Assembly (NCBI GenBank): GCA_963708295.1
Contig: CAVPSJ010000004.1
Span: 320,001 to 384,000 of the forward strand
Direction of reading: 5' to 3'
DNA: 64,000 nucleotides
From: an uncultured delta proteobacterium
GTDB lineage: Bacteria; Desulfobacterota; BSN033; UBA1163
This document shows, in pieces, positions 19,834-28,827 of this stretch (the first letter of the stretch is position 1; each line of letters starts with the position of its first letter). The notes under the pieces are model-generated. The model did no database searches. It was not told the DNA's origin and saw only the letters and a list, made by a program, of their open reading frames with translations. The position numbers and the translations under genes were made by a program.

Positions 19834-19905
19834 ATGGATAAGATCATGCAAAGAATGGCCAATTTTTATTATCGGTACTACTTTTTCGTTAGAGGCCTCC
19901 CATAG
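19834..19905 (+). CDS. Tyr/Phe-rich attenuator leader peptide MDKIMQRMANFYYRYYFFVRGLP
   Basis: 7 of 8 consecutive codons are Phe/Tyr; follows TTGATT..TATGAT promoter (19801-19828); stop codon lies within the antiterminator arm. Confidence 0.8.
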   Translation: MDKIMQRMANFYYRYYFFVRGLP

Positions 19906-20000
19906 GTTCTCTTCCCGACGGATGAGAAGCCATGGGTGATGAATGGCCCCATGGCTTTTTTATTTTTTGAAGCCACGGAGCCAGCTCTGTGGCTTTTTTT
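19899..20000 (+). terminator. Attenuator: antiterminator plus two tandem intrinsic terminators
   Basis: CCCATAGGTTCTC(19899-911)/GAGAAGCCATGGG(19924-36); T1 AGCCATGGG/CCCATGGCT+T-run; T2 AAGCCACGGAG/CTCTGTGGCTT+T-run. Confidence 0.8.
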
Positions 20001-20034
20001 GTTCTGAGGATAAGCAAACGATGGAGGAACAGGG

Positions 20035-22197
20035 ATGACAGAGTTCAGATATTCGAATGTCGATCGTGAAATGGAGGTCTACGGCTATGACTCCATGGTC
20101 AAAAGCCATTGCCGGATGTGTCATGGGGGTTGTGGGGTCCTTGTCTACCTCAAAGACGGCAAAGTGGCAAAGATCGCCGGTGATCCCGATTGTCCCATTA
20201 ACCATGGAACGCTCTGCACCAAAGGGCTTGCCTCGGCACAGCTGGCTTATCATCCGGACAGGCTGACCCACCCCGTCAAAAGGGTCGGGCCAAAAGCGAG
20301 CGGTCAATGGGAACGGATTTCATGGGATGAAGCCCTGGACGCCATCGCAAATCGAATCCTCGAATATAAAGAAAAACACGGGCCTGAATCCGTCGTATTC
20401 GGCTACGGGACAGGCCGCGAAAATGAGGCCGTGATCTACCGCATCGCCAACCTCCTCGGGTCCCCAAACGTGCTGACGGCAGGCCATTTCTGTTATGGCC
20501 CGCGGGTGTCGACGGGCATCATCACCTGCGGCACGAATCCTATTGTCGATTATGAGAATTTCCCCAAGTGCGTCATGATGTGGGGAAATAACGTCACGAT
20601 CAGCAATGCCGACGAATATAAAGGCGAGTCCTTCTCCGTCGCTCTCGACCATGGCGCCAAGCTCATCGTGGTTGACCCCAGGCTCACTCGTCCGGCTGCA
20701 CGGGCAAACGTCTGGCTCCAGTTGAGACCCGGCACAGACGCAGCCCTTGCCCTCGGAATGCTCAACGTGATCGTTAACGAAGAGCTTTATGACAAGGAAT
20801 TCGTCGAGCATTATACCCACGGCTGGAATCCTTTTGTCAAAAGGGTGAACGAGTATCCCCTTGAGAAGGTCGAAGAGATCACGTGGGTTCCGAGAGAAAA
20901 GATCAGGGAGGCGGCAAGGCTCTTCGCTACGACCAAACCCGCTGCCATTCAGTGGGGTGTGGCCATCGAGCAGCAAATGAACTGCGCAGACAATGACCGG
21001 CTATTGATGTTCCTCTTAGGGTTGACCGGCAACATCGATGCACCCGGCGGCCAGGTTCTCAACCGGACGCCAAATATCGTTAATGTAGGCCATTTCGGCG
21101 CCCATGGCATGCTTCCCAAGGAACAGTTCGCAAAACGATTGGGCGGGGATCGTTTCCGTCTTGCCTCGCGGTTCGCCATCCTTCAGCCGAAATGTGTCTG
21201 GGATGCCATCCTCGAAGAAACACCCTATCCCGTGAAAATGCTCTTTCTCATCAGTTCCAATCCTGTCATCACCCGTGCCAATGCAAAAGAGGTTTACCGT
21301 GCCCTTGAGAAAGTTGAATTCATGGCGGTGGCCGATTTCTTCCTGACCCCGACCGCGGAACTTGCCGACATTGTGCTCCCCGCTGCAACCTGGCTTGAGA
21401 TGGATTATATCGGCGACTTTTGGAAGCGTCACGGCTATATCCTGCCCCGGCGCAAAGTGATCCAGGTGGGGGAGTGCCGCTCAGACCACGAGATGCTCAA
21501 TGATCTTGCCCACCGGATCGGCCAGGGCCCCTACTGGTGGGACAACTTCGAGCAGGCCCTTGATTATATCCTTCATCCGATGGGTATCGCCTGGGATGAT
21601 TTCAAGAAGATGAATTATATCAGGGGAGAGGTGAAGTATTACAAGTACAAACAGGGAGGATTTTCCACTCCGACCAGAAAGTTTGAGCTCTTCTCCACAG
21701 CCCTCGAAAAGATGGGGTATGATCCTCTTCCCCAGCACAGGGAACCGCCTGAAAGCCCGGTGAGCGCACCGAAGCTTCATCAGGAGTATCCTTATATCCT
21801 CATTACAGGTGCGCGACCGCCCGGTTTTTTCCACACAGAAAACAGACAGGTCCCCCGACTCAGAGAGCTTCACAAGGACCCCATCGTTGAGATCCATCCG
21901 GATGTCGCTCTAAAGGAAGGGATTAAAGAGGGCGATTGGGTCATCATCGAATCCCCGAGAGGGAAAGTGAGACAGCGGGCGAAACTCGCCCTTGGACGGG
22001 ATCCCCGGATCGTAGCGGCCCAGCATGCGTGGTGGTTTCCGGAAAACAGGAATCCCGGTCATGGTTGGGACGAATCCAACATCAACATCCTGACTGACAA
22101 TGCTCTGGAGGGCTGTGACCCGGCAATGGGGGCATCGAATATCAGGACGCTCCTTTGCAGGATACGTCCCGAAAAGAAGGAGGTCAGCCATGAATAA
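20035..22197 (+). CDS. Mo/W-bis-PGD oxidoreductase catalytic subunit, acetylene-hydratase-like clade, cytoplasmic
   Basis: CRMCHGGC..CTKG 4Fe-4S motif, ISWDEALD, LRPGTDAALA, ADIVLPA, VEIHP; 720 aa; no Tat signal. Confidence 0.9.
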   Translation: MTEFRYSNVDREMEVYGYDSMVKSHCRMCHGGCGVLVYLKDGKVAKIAGDPDCPINHGTLCTKGLASAQLAYHPDRLTHPVKRVGPKASGQWERISWDEALDAIANRILEYKEKHGPESVVFGYGTGRENEAVIYRIANLLGSPNVLTAGHFCYGPRVSTGIITCGTNPIVDYENFPKCVMMWGNNVTISNADEYKGESFSVALDHGAKLIVVDPRLTRPAARANVWLQLRPGTDAALALGMLNVIVNEELYDKEFVEHYTHGWNPFVKRVNEYPLEKVEEITWVPREKIREAARLFATTKPAAIQWGVAIEQQMNCADNDRLLMFLLGLTGNIDAPGGQVLNRTPNIVNVGHFGAHGMLPKEQFAKRLGGDRFRLASRFAILQPKCVWDAILEETPYPVKMLFLISSNPVITRANAKEVYRALEKVEFMAVADFFLTPTAELADIVLPAATWLEMDYIGDFWKRHGYILPRRKVIQVGECRSDHEMLNDLAHRIGQGPYWWDNFEQALDYILHPMGIAWDDFKKMNYIRGEVKYYKYKQGGFSTPTRKFELFSTALEKMGYDPLPQHREPPESPVSAPKLHQEYPYILITGARPPGFFHTENRQVPRLRELHKDPIVEIHPDVALKEGIKEGDWVIIESPRGKVRQRAKLALGRDPRIVAAQHAWWFPENRNPGHGWDESNINILTDNALEGCDPAMGASNIRTLLCRIRPEKKEVSHE

Positions 22198-24184
22198 ATA
22201 TGCGCTGATTATCGAAGAGTATGCCTGCTGGGGGTGCAGGACCTGTGAAGTCGCCTGCCAACAGGAATACAATCCGGTCGAGTCGAAAGACGGGGTCAAG
22301 TATCTCTCGGTTTGGCCGGATGGTCCCAAGGTCATGAACGGGAAGCTTGATTTCATATGGCGTGTGAACGTCTGCAAACATTGTGCGGAGCCCCTCTGCG
22401 CCAAGGCCTGTCCCGAAGATGCCATTACGAAAGACCCAAAGACAGGCATTGTCCTCAGCGAAAGAGAGAAGTGCAGCGGCTGTCAGGCAGTCATGGGTGA
22501 GTCCCGAGCTGAAAAGCAGGAAACCTCTCCGTGTAAGATGGAATGTCCGGCGCACAACAATGTTCAGGGATACGTGAATCTTGCTGCCAAGGGGAAGTTT
22601 CAGGAAGCTCTGCAACTGATCAAGGAGACCAGCCCCTTCCCGTCGATCTGCGGGAGGATCTGTCATCACCCCTGTGAAACGGACTGTCACCGGTCTCAAA
22701 TCGACGAATCCGTAGCCGCCCACTCCATTGAGCGCTTCCTGGGCGATTTGGATCTCAATTCAAGCACCCGCTATCAGCCCCGCATAAAAGCCAGGAAAAA
22801 AGAGAAAGTCGCCGTTGTCGGATCCGGCCCTGCCGGATTAACCTGTGCCTACTATCTTGCACGAGAAGGCTACCCGGTAACGATCTTCGAAAAAGCTGAC
22901 CTGCTGGGAGGGATGCTTGCAATGGCCATCCCCTCCTACCGTCTTCCCTCGGAAGTTATCGAGGCTGAAATCCGGCTCATTCGCGATCTGGGTGTGACCA
23001 TGAAAACCGGCGTGGAGGTGGGCAAAGATAAAACCGTTGCTCAATTGCGCCAAGAGGGCTTCAAGGCCTTCTTCATCGCCATCGGAACACAGGAGTGTTC
23101 GCGACTGGGAATTGAAGGCGAGGACCTGAAGGGCGTCTATCAGGGATTGGACTATCTCCGAAGTATCAAGCGTGGAGAATCGTTGGCCCTGGGGAAGGAC
23201 GTCGTCGTCATTGGCGGAGGGAATGCCGCAATGGATGCCGTCAGGTCAGCCCGCAGATCGGGAGCCGAAAACGCCACGATTCTCTATCGCCGGGGTCTGG
23301 AGGAAATGCCTGCAAGACCTGAAGAGATTGAGGAATGCCGGGAAGAAGGGATTTCCATCCAAACCCTGACTCAACCTGCGCGATTCATCGGCAAGAATGG
23401 AGAAGTAAAAGCGATCGAATGCGTAAAAGTGCGCCTGGCGGACCCGGACGGGAGTGGCCGGCGGAGACCCGAGCCCATCCCTGCCTCGGAATTTACGATT
23501 CAAGTCAGCGCCGTCATCACGGCCCTGGGGCAAGAAGCGGACTGGGCCTGCCTGACCCCGGAGTGCTCCTGCACGTTGACCCCATGGGGAACAATGAAGG
23601 TGGACCCTTTGACGCTTCAGAGCGAGGATCCTGACATCTTTGCGGGCGGAGATGCGGTCAGAGGCCCCCAGACCGTTATCGAAGCGATTGCAGACGGGAG
23701 ACGGGCAGCGGTATCGATCGATCGATACATCGAAAGCCGGGGCCTTCGATCGGATGGAGATATTGAATTGAAAGCAATCACGACCCCGCAGAAAGGGAAA
23801 TACGATCCGTCTCCCCGGTCTCAGATGCCCCGTCTGGAGGCTCAAGAGCGAACCAACAATTTCGCGGAGGTTCAAAAAGGCTTCACCAAGGAGACGGCCA
23901 TGCAGGAGGCACAGCGGTGTATCTCCTGCGGCAGTTGCTGCATACAGGCCTGTCCCTATGGCGCCATTGCCTTTGACCCAAAGACCGGAAAGATCCAGAA
24001 GTGCAACCTTTGTCATCACCGGGTGACGAACGGACTCTATCCTGCCTGTGCGGACAACGTCTGCCTCGCCCATTGCATCTACTTCGGCGATCCCGCCGAG
24101 ATTGAACAAAGGATTCTGGAGAAAAGGAAGATCAGAGGAGGCTGGGGAGAAATCCTTCCTAAGGCTTTCATCGGCTCGAGGTGA
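22190..24184 (+). CDS. Fe-S/flavoprotein subunit: DmsB-like ferredoxin with inserted GltD/NfnB-like FAD-NAD(P) module
   Basis: CWGCRTCEVAC, CKHC..PLC...CP, then PCKMECPAH, GRICHHPCE, GSGPAG, GGGNAAMD, FAGGD, then CISCGSC..ACPYGAI, KCNLC. Confidence 0.88.
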   Translation: MNKYALIIEEYACWGCRTCEVACQQEYNPVESKDGVKYLSVWPDGPKVMNGKLDFIWRVNVCKHCAEPLCAKACPEDAITKDPKTGIVLSEREKCSGCQAVMGESRAEKQETSPCKMECPAHNNVQGYVNLAAKGKFQEALQLIKETSPFPSICGRICHHPCETDCHRSQIDESVAAHSIERFLGDLDLNSSTRYQPRIKARKKEKVAVVGSGPAGLTCAYYLAREGYPVTIFEKADLLGGMLAMAIPSYRLPSEVIEAEIRLIRDLGVTMKTGVEVGKDKTVAQLRQEGFKAFFIAIGTQECSRLGIEGEDLKGVYQGLDYLRSIKRGESLALGKDVVVIGGGNAAMDAVRSARRSGAENATILYRRGLEEMPARPEEIEECREEGISIQTLTQPARFIGKNGEVKAIECVKVRLADPDGSGRRRPEPIPASEFTIQVSAVITALGQEADWACLTPECSCTLTPWGTMKVDPLTLQSEDPDIFAGGDAVRGPQTVIEAIADGRRAAVSIDRYIESRGLRSDGDIELKAITTPQKGKYDPSPRSQMPRLEAQERTNNFAEVQKGFTKETAMQEAQRCISCGSCCIQACPYGAIAFDPKTGKIQKCNLCHHRVTNGLYPACADNVCLAHCIYFGDPAEIEQRILEKRKIRGGWGEILPKAFIGSR

Positions 24185-24386
24185 GATTCGGGACAATTTC
24201 TCGAGATATCGAGTCGAATTGAATTTCTAGTCTGTCTTGACGAAACGTCTCATAAAGGTTATCAAATTTGTCAGGTGAGGCTTCTTCTCAGCAAAACTCT
24301 CAGAAGTTTTTCTTGAGAAGGGCGGAGGGATTTGGCCTATGAAAAGGAGTGGGATGGGGGAGACAGGGCCAAAGGAGAAAAACTGA

Positions 24387-25097
24387 ATGGATCATAAGAG
24401 TTGTTTCGGTTCAATCAAGGAGGTCACCCTCAGCAATAGCCAAACCTCTATCCAGTCAAGACCCGAGTGCCGAACCTGCCAGGAAATCCGCGACTGTTTG
24501 CGCCAGACCAGACAGCTTGTGGATGAGCAGAATGAAAAAGACGAGCTGAAGAAACAGAGCTGGATTACTGAAATTATCGACCACTCTTTTGTCGTCTCGA
24601 ATGAACTCGGCTCCTGCTTGCTGAAGTTTCTGAATAAAATTTACAGCTCATCCATCGGGGCAATCCTTTTTAAGAACCTCTTTCTATTTTTTGACGTCCC
24701 GCAGAATACCCTGTCTTCAAACCTGTCCATCTCCATCTCCCGGACGATGATGGGCTTGCTCCGGGGAGAGAAGGAAGAATCAAGCCCTCCTCCCAATCCG
24801 CAAGCTTTCTATCAGCGGCGGGCACCCGATGAAGGATTTATTCTCCGGATCATTCTTTTCCAGAAGTCTTTTCCCAACTCCCAAGAGGCGAACATGGGAA
24901 TGATCGCTTATGAAGCGGCCCGTGCGCTTGCTTCCGACGATCTCGGGATCAAGCAGATTCTTCAGGTTCTCCCCGAGTCTGAAGCCAGCGCATTCAGGAG
25001 AATGGATCCCGAGGCCCGAATAAAATGGCTGATTGGGAAATGGGGTTTTCTGGAAGAGTATGGAGCCTTGAAAAAAATAGTGGCGTTATCGGAGTAA
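24387..25097 (+). CDS. Hypothetical protein with N-terminal Cys cluster
   Basis: 236-aa ORF, SD AAGGAG, SCFG...CRTC....DC. Confidence 0.65.
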   Translation: MDHKSCFGSIKEVTLSNSQTSIQSRPECRTCQEIRDCLRQTRQLVDEQNEKDELKKQSWITEIIDHSFVVSNELGSCLLKFLNKIYSSSIGAILFKNLFLFFDVPQNTLSSNLSISISRTMMGLLRGEKEESSPPPNPQAFYQRRAPDEGFILRIILFQKSFPNSQEANMGMIAYEAARALASDDLGIKQILQVLPESEASAFRRMDPEARIKWLIGKWGFLEEYGALKKIVALSE

Positions 25098-25160
25098 ACC
25101 CCGTAAGAAATTCCAGCCGTTGCGACTCGAAACCGAGCGGGGCATTATTTCTAACGGGGT
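25098..25160. repeat. Small inverted-repeat element
   Basis: ACCCCGTAAGAAAT ... ATTTCTAACGGGGT; related core at 26143-26160. Confidence 0.6.
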
Positions 25161-25217
25161 AATCCCGTCCGTTCCCCGCCTTTAAACCCGTCTTCCACCC
25201 TGTTCATTTCTCCAACA

Positions 25218-25335
25218 AATCGGAACCGGGTGCTGAAACCGGTTCAGCATGACGGTTTAGTTCTGGCCTTTTTGTCATCCCGAACTGGGTTCGGGATCTC
25301 TCTTTGGGTCTAAGAATTTAGGCGCTAAAGCCCTG
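25218..25335. repeat. About 120-bp REP/MITE copy (inverted copy at 33571-33690)
   Basis: Shared TGCTGAA..TTCAGCATGAC and GTCATCCCGAA..TTCGGGATC hairpins and TAAAGCCCT end. Confidence 0.6.
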
Positions 25336-25351
25336 CCCCGGGCGGGGCTGT

Positions 25352-26014
25352 TTATTGTTTTGACAGCCTCCTTCCCTTCAATTCTGGCTTCTTTAAAGCT
25401 GCCCCAAGGAGCGGTGGAGATTTTTTCACAGGGGGAATGTTTTCCGTATTTCTGGCAGGGGTACAGATCAGCACGTTTCTCTCGTCTCTCTCGAAAGCAC
25501 ATTTTTCTTCGAGGACGGTCTTTAGCTTCTTCCGTGCCCTGTGAAGCCTCACTTTGACGTTCTCAATCGTTATTCCAAGAATTTCCGCGCTCTCCTGATG
25601 GCTGAACTCCATCATATCGAAAAGGACAAGCACGGTTCTCAGAGGCTCCGGCAAAAGGTTGATCTGGTTCTGAACACATTCTCCCATTTGACGTTGTTCC
25701 ATTTCTTCTTGAATGCCGAGCCCTTTTTGAATCAGGGCTTCTTTAAGATCTCCCGTTTCTTCCTGGTCTATGCTTTCTTCTTTGCGAGATTTCTTCAACC
25801 CGCGAAAATGGTCCTGGCAGAGGTTATGGGCAATCCGAAATATCCAGGGAGACAACCGGGAGGGATCTCTCAGGCTTTCAACGTTCTGCTGAACTTTCAA
25901 AAACGTTTCCTGGATGATGTCATCCGCCGCCCATTCCTCCTTTACAAGGGCCAGGATGAACTTTCTTACTCTCGAATAGTGCTGATCGTAAATTTCCCAG
26001 AATTCCATCTCCAT
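25352..26014 (-). CDS. ECF RNA polymerase sigma factor (SigZ-like)
   Basis: ADDIIQETFLK, WIFRIAHN, NVKVRLHRARKKLK, C-terminal C.FERDERN..IC. Confidence 0.88.
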   Translation of the reverse strand: MEMEFWEIYDQHYSRVRKFILALVKEEWAADDIIQETFLKVQQNVESLRDPSRLSPWIFRIAHNLCQDHFRGLKKSRKEESIDQEETGDLKEALIQKGLGIQEEMEQRQMGECVQNQINLLPEPLRTVLVLFDMMEFSHQESAEILGITIENVKVRLHRARKKLKTVLEEKCAFERDERNVLICTPARNTENIPPVKKSPPLLGAALKKPELKGRRLSKQ

Positions 26015-26177
26015 TTCACCTTGACCGGAACGTGCCCCGCAAGCCAAGCCTTGGAGGCCGGGTCAAGGGGCAAAATACGAACGAAATTTCCTTTGCTCGC
26101 ATCCTGCTCGCCACTGCGTGCCCGGGAAGCCCCGCCGTGCCTGCCCCGTCCTAACGGGGTGGGCGGGGAGCTTCAAA

Positions 26178-26438
26178 TTAGCCGCAACATGATTTGCTGG
26201 CCTGCTTATCGCAGGGCAAGGCATACTCCTTTTCTTCACCCATGAGGCCATTGATGCAATTCTTGATGGCCATATGGGCCCCTTTCTTCACTTGACTGGC
26301 AAGGTCGACAGACTCCTGAATTTCTTCGGTAGAGAGGCCTACCGTTTTGGCCTTTCCAAAGTAGTACTCAAAGCAGGGGATACAGTTCGCTGCCGTAGCT
26401 GCTCCCAAGCATATCAAAACCCTTGTCTTCTCTTCCAT
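26178..26438 (-). CDS. Carboxymuconolactone decarboxylase/AhpD-like small protein
   Basis: LICLGAATAANCIPC..GLSTEEI; Cys-rich tail; ATG 26438 after AGGAGG. Confidence 0.75.
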   Translation of the reverse strand: MEEKTRVLICLGAATAANCIPCFEYYFGKAKTVGLSTEEIQESVDLASQVKKGAHMAIKNCINGLMGEEKEYALPCDKQASKSCCG

Positions 26439-26563
26439 CGGCCAGTTCCTCCTTTTGTTTTTTATAGATAAGACGGAAAAGGCCTCCGAAAGGTTACATC
26501 TTTTTGCATTCTCCAGGTCGGAGTTGTTGAAACAGAGGGGACAGGACGTCTTTTGCCAATCGC

Positions 26564-26995
26564 TCATGACTTATCCCGATCTTCTACGCTGAGTTCCATA
26601 ACGATGTGTCCCCAGCCACCACATTGCACCCCCACATCAAAGCATCCAGCCCTCCTGAATCGCATCTCATTGGGGTCGATGCCGGCGTAGAATAATTCAT
26701 TCGATGTGAAAATTAAGCTTGCGATCGAGCTTAATGCATAGATGCAAATCTTCTTAGGACAGAGTTTCGTGATGAGGTTGCCTGCCCCATCAAAATAGAA
26801 TTTATCCCCTGCTTTGTGCCCGCTATTGCACCCATGAGAGTCCACCACCGTGGCAACAATGGTTTTATTCATCAGGGCAGATGCTTTGGCCAGGACATCC
26901 GCATTCCTCGGATCTTCTCTGAACTTCTTTATCTCTTCATCGTTGTAACCCAGGCGCTGTTGGACCGTTTTCCATGCTCCTTCATCCATTTTCAT
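26564..26995 (-). CDS. Cys-containing hypothetical protein (TIGR04076-like)
   Basis: VVDSHGCNSGHKAGDKF...CP..IC..A...GC.D pattern. Confidence 0.65.
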   Translation of the reverse strand: MKMDEGAWKTVQQRLGYNDEEIKKFREDPRNADVLAKASALMNKTIVATVVDSHGCNSGHKAGDKFYFDGAGNLITKLCPKKICIYALSSIASLIFTSNELFYAGIDPNEMRFRRAGCFDVGVQCGGWGHIVMELSVEDRDKS

Positions 26996-27069
26996 GTTTG
27001 TCTCCTTTCTCAGGATCTCATTCCTTTTTCGATTCACCCCCCCTCACACCGGGGTTCGTCTCCTGTGTT

Positions 27070-28713
27070 CTATTGGAGGCCATACTCCTCGGTGGCCATC
27101 TCTCTTATCTTGAATTTCTGAACCTTGCCCAGGGGTGTCGTCGGAAATTCCCCGACGAATTTGACATACCGGGGAAAGTGAGAAACGGGGAGTCTCTCTC
27201 TGCAGTATTGACGAATCTCCTCCTCGGTGGCTATCGCCCCTTCTTCCAGTTGAATCCACGCAGCCACCTCCTCTCCCAACCTCTTATCCGGAACTCCAAA
27301 GACCTGAGCGTTCGAGATTTTGGGATGACGAAAGAGCACTTCTTCGATTTCGCTTGGAAAGATCCCCTCCCCTCCCTTGTTGATCACCTCTTTTAGCCTT
27401 CCAGCTGTCCTCACATATCCCTCTCTATCCATACTCCCAAGATCCCCGGTATGGAGCCAACCTCCTGAATCGATCGCGTTGGCTGTGGCAGAAGGCATCT
27501 TATAATAGCCTTTCATATTAAAACCCCGTGCACAGATCTCACCCACAGCACTCCCATCTCTGGGGACTTCATCGCCCGATACCGGGTCTATGATCTTCGC
27601 CTCCACGTGAGGCAGGGGTCTGCCCACCGTTGAAACCCTCAACTCCAGGGCATCATCGGGACGGGTCATCGTGACCCACGAAGACGACTCCGTTTGGCCA
27701 TATCCGATAACGATCTCCCGGACTCCCATCTCGCCCACCACCCTCCTCATCACCTCCATGAGACACTGGGCCCCGCCCATAATCCCTGTCCGAAGAGAGT
27801 TTACAATGGAGGCTCGATATCGCGGGTCCCCCATCAGGGCAATAAAAGCACTGGGAGACCCATAAACGGCCGTGCACCGCTCTTTCTCGATTGCCTCGAG
27901 AATCCTGGGTGGGTCAAAGGTCTCAGAAGGGATGATGAGGGTTGCCCCTTTGATCACCGAAGCCAAGGACACGCAGACACAACCAAACATATGGGACAAA
28001 GGAACGGAGAGGCAAAGCCGGTCTTTTTCAGTTATTCTCTGGTTCTCCGCACTCGCCAACGTTGTGTTAACGATGCCAAAGTGTGTGGACATCACGCCCT
28101 TTGGGGCTCCGGTTGTTCCTGAAGTGTAAAGGATGGTTACGATATGATCTTCACGACAAGTCCCCTGCCGTTCGGCCAACCTCTGATCCGGAACCTCCCT
28201 CCCCATGCCCAGAATCTCCTTCCATTGAAACATGCCACCCGAATTTCGACCTGAGATGAGGATAATATTTCGGAGCTCCGGAAACGCGCTGCTGGTCAAC
28301 TGGCCGGGGATTGCTTCCTTCACTTCCGGGCAAAGCTGACGGATCATGTCGATATATTCAGATCCCTTCATTCCTTCCGCCATGACAAGGGACTTTGAAT
28401 CGGACTGGCGCAGGAAATATTCGAGTTGCTCGATTTTGCAGTTGATATCGATGCTGACGAGGATCACCCCTATCTTTGCCAGCGCGAATTGAGTGATTGT
28501 CCACTCCCAGCGATTTGGACTCCACAGGGCCAGGTGATCTCCTTGCTTGAGGCCGAGCTTCAGAAATCCCTTTGCCGTCTGGTTCACCGTTGCCAAGAAT
28601 TCTGTGTACGAGAACCTCACGCCCTGGGACAGATCCACCAGCGCCTCTTTCTCGGGAAATTTCAAAGCGACTTCATCCAATAGGTCGCCCACGGTCTTTC
28701 TCACCAAGTCCAT
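27070..28713 (-). CDS. AMP-binding acyl-CoA synthetase
   Basis: YTSGTTGAPKG, GYGQTE, WLHTGDLG, GKVQK. Confidence 0.92.
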   Translation of the reverse strand: MDLVRKTVGDLLDEVALKFPEKEALVDLSQGVRFSYTEFLATVNQTAKGFLKLGLKQGDHLALWSPNRWEWTITQFALAKIGVILVSIDINCKIEQLEYFLRQSDSKSLVMAEGMKGSEYIDMIRQLCPEVKEAIPGQLTSSAFPELRNIILISGRNSGGMFQWKEILGMGREVPDQRLAERQGTCREDHIVTILYTSGTTGAPKGVMSTHFGIVNTTLASAENQRITEKDRLCLSVPLSHMFGCVCVSLASVIKGATLIIPSETFDPPRILEAIEKERCTAVYGSPSAFIALMGDPRYRASIVNSLRTGIMGGAQCLMEVMRRVVGEMGVREIVIGYGQTESSSWVTMTRPDDALELRVSTVGRPLPHVEAKIIDPVSGDEVPRDGSAVGEICARGFNMKGYYKMPSATANAIDSGGWLHTGDLGSMDREGYVRTAGRLKEVINKGGEGIFPSEIEEVLFRHPKISNAQVFGVPDKRLGEEVAAWIQLEEGAIATEEEIRQYCRERLPVSHFPRYVKFVGEFPTTPLGKVQKFKIREMATEEYGLQ

Positions 28714-28759
28714 TCTTTGCCTCCATTCTTCTTTCCAATTGTCTTTGTCATGCAATCCT

Positions 28760-28808
28760 CCCCTCACCCTTCCCCTCTCCCCGCCGGGGAGAGGGGAAGG
28801 GTGAGGGG
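28760..28808. repeat. Perfect REP-like palindrome (family copies about 19728-19769, 36890-36934; degenerate at about 496-590, 35195-35230)
   Basis: CCCCTCACCCTTCCCCTCTCCCC-GCC-GGGGAGAGGGGAAGGGTGAGGGG. Confidence 0.8.
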
Positions 28809-28827
28809 AAAATCTCAATATTTCTTA

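Noticed and set aside
20035-22197. Calling this enzyme a true acetylene hydratase or a formate dehydrogenase
   Set aside because: It has His in place of the catalytic Asp13 equivalent and lacks the FDH C/U-H active-site motif.
23246-24196. Long antisense ORFs (also 31976-32797, 57162-57932, 25541-26245)
   Set aside because: They lie opposite well-supported genes and carry no recognisable motifs.
28714-28818. N-terminal extensions in the ORF track (here; also 6764-6865, 26015-26047, 61166-61222)
   Set aside because: They are translations of REP/MITE DNA (e.g. PHPSPLPGGERGRVRG); downstream ATGs fit the protein families better.
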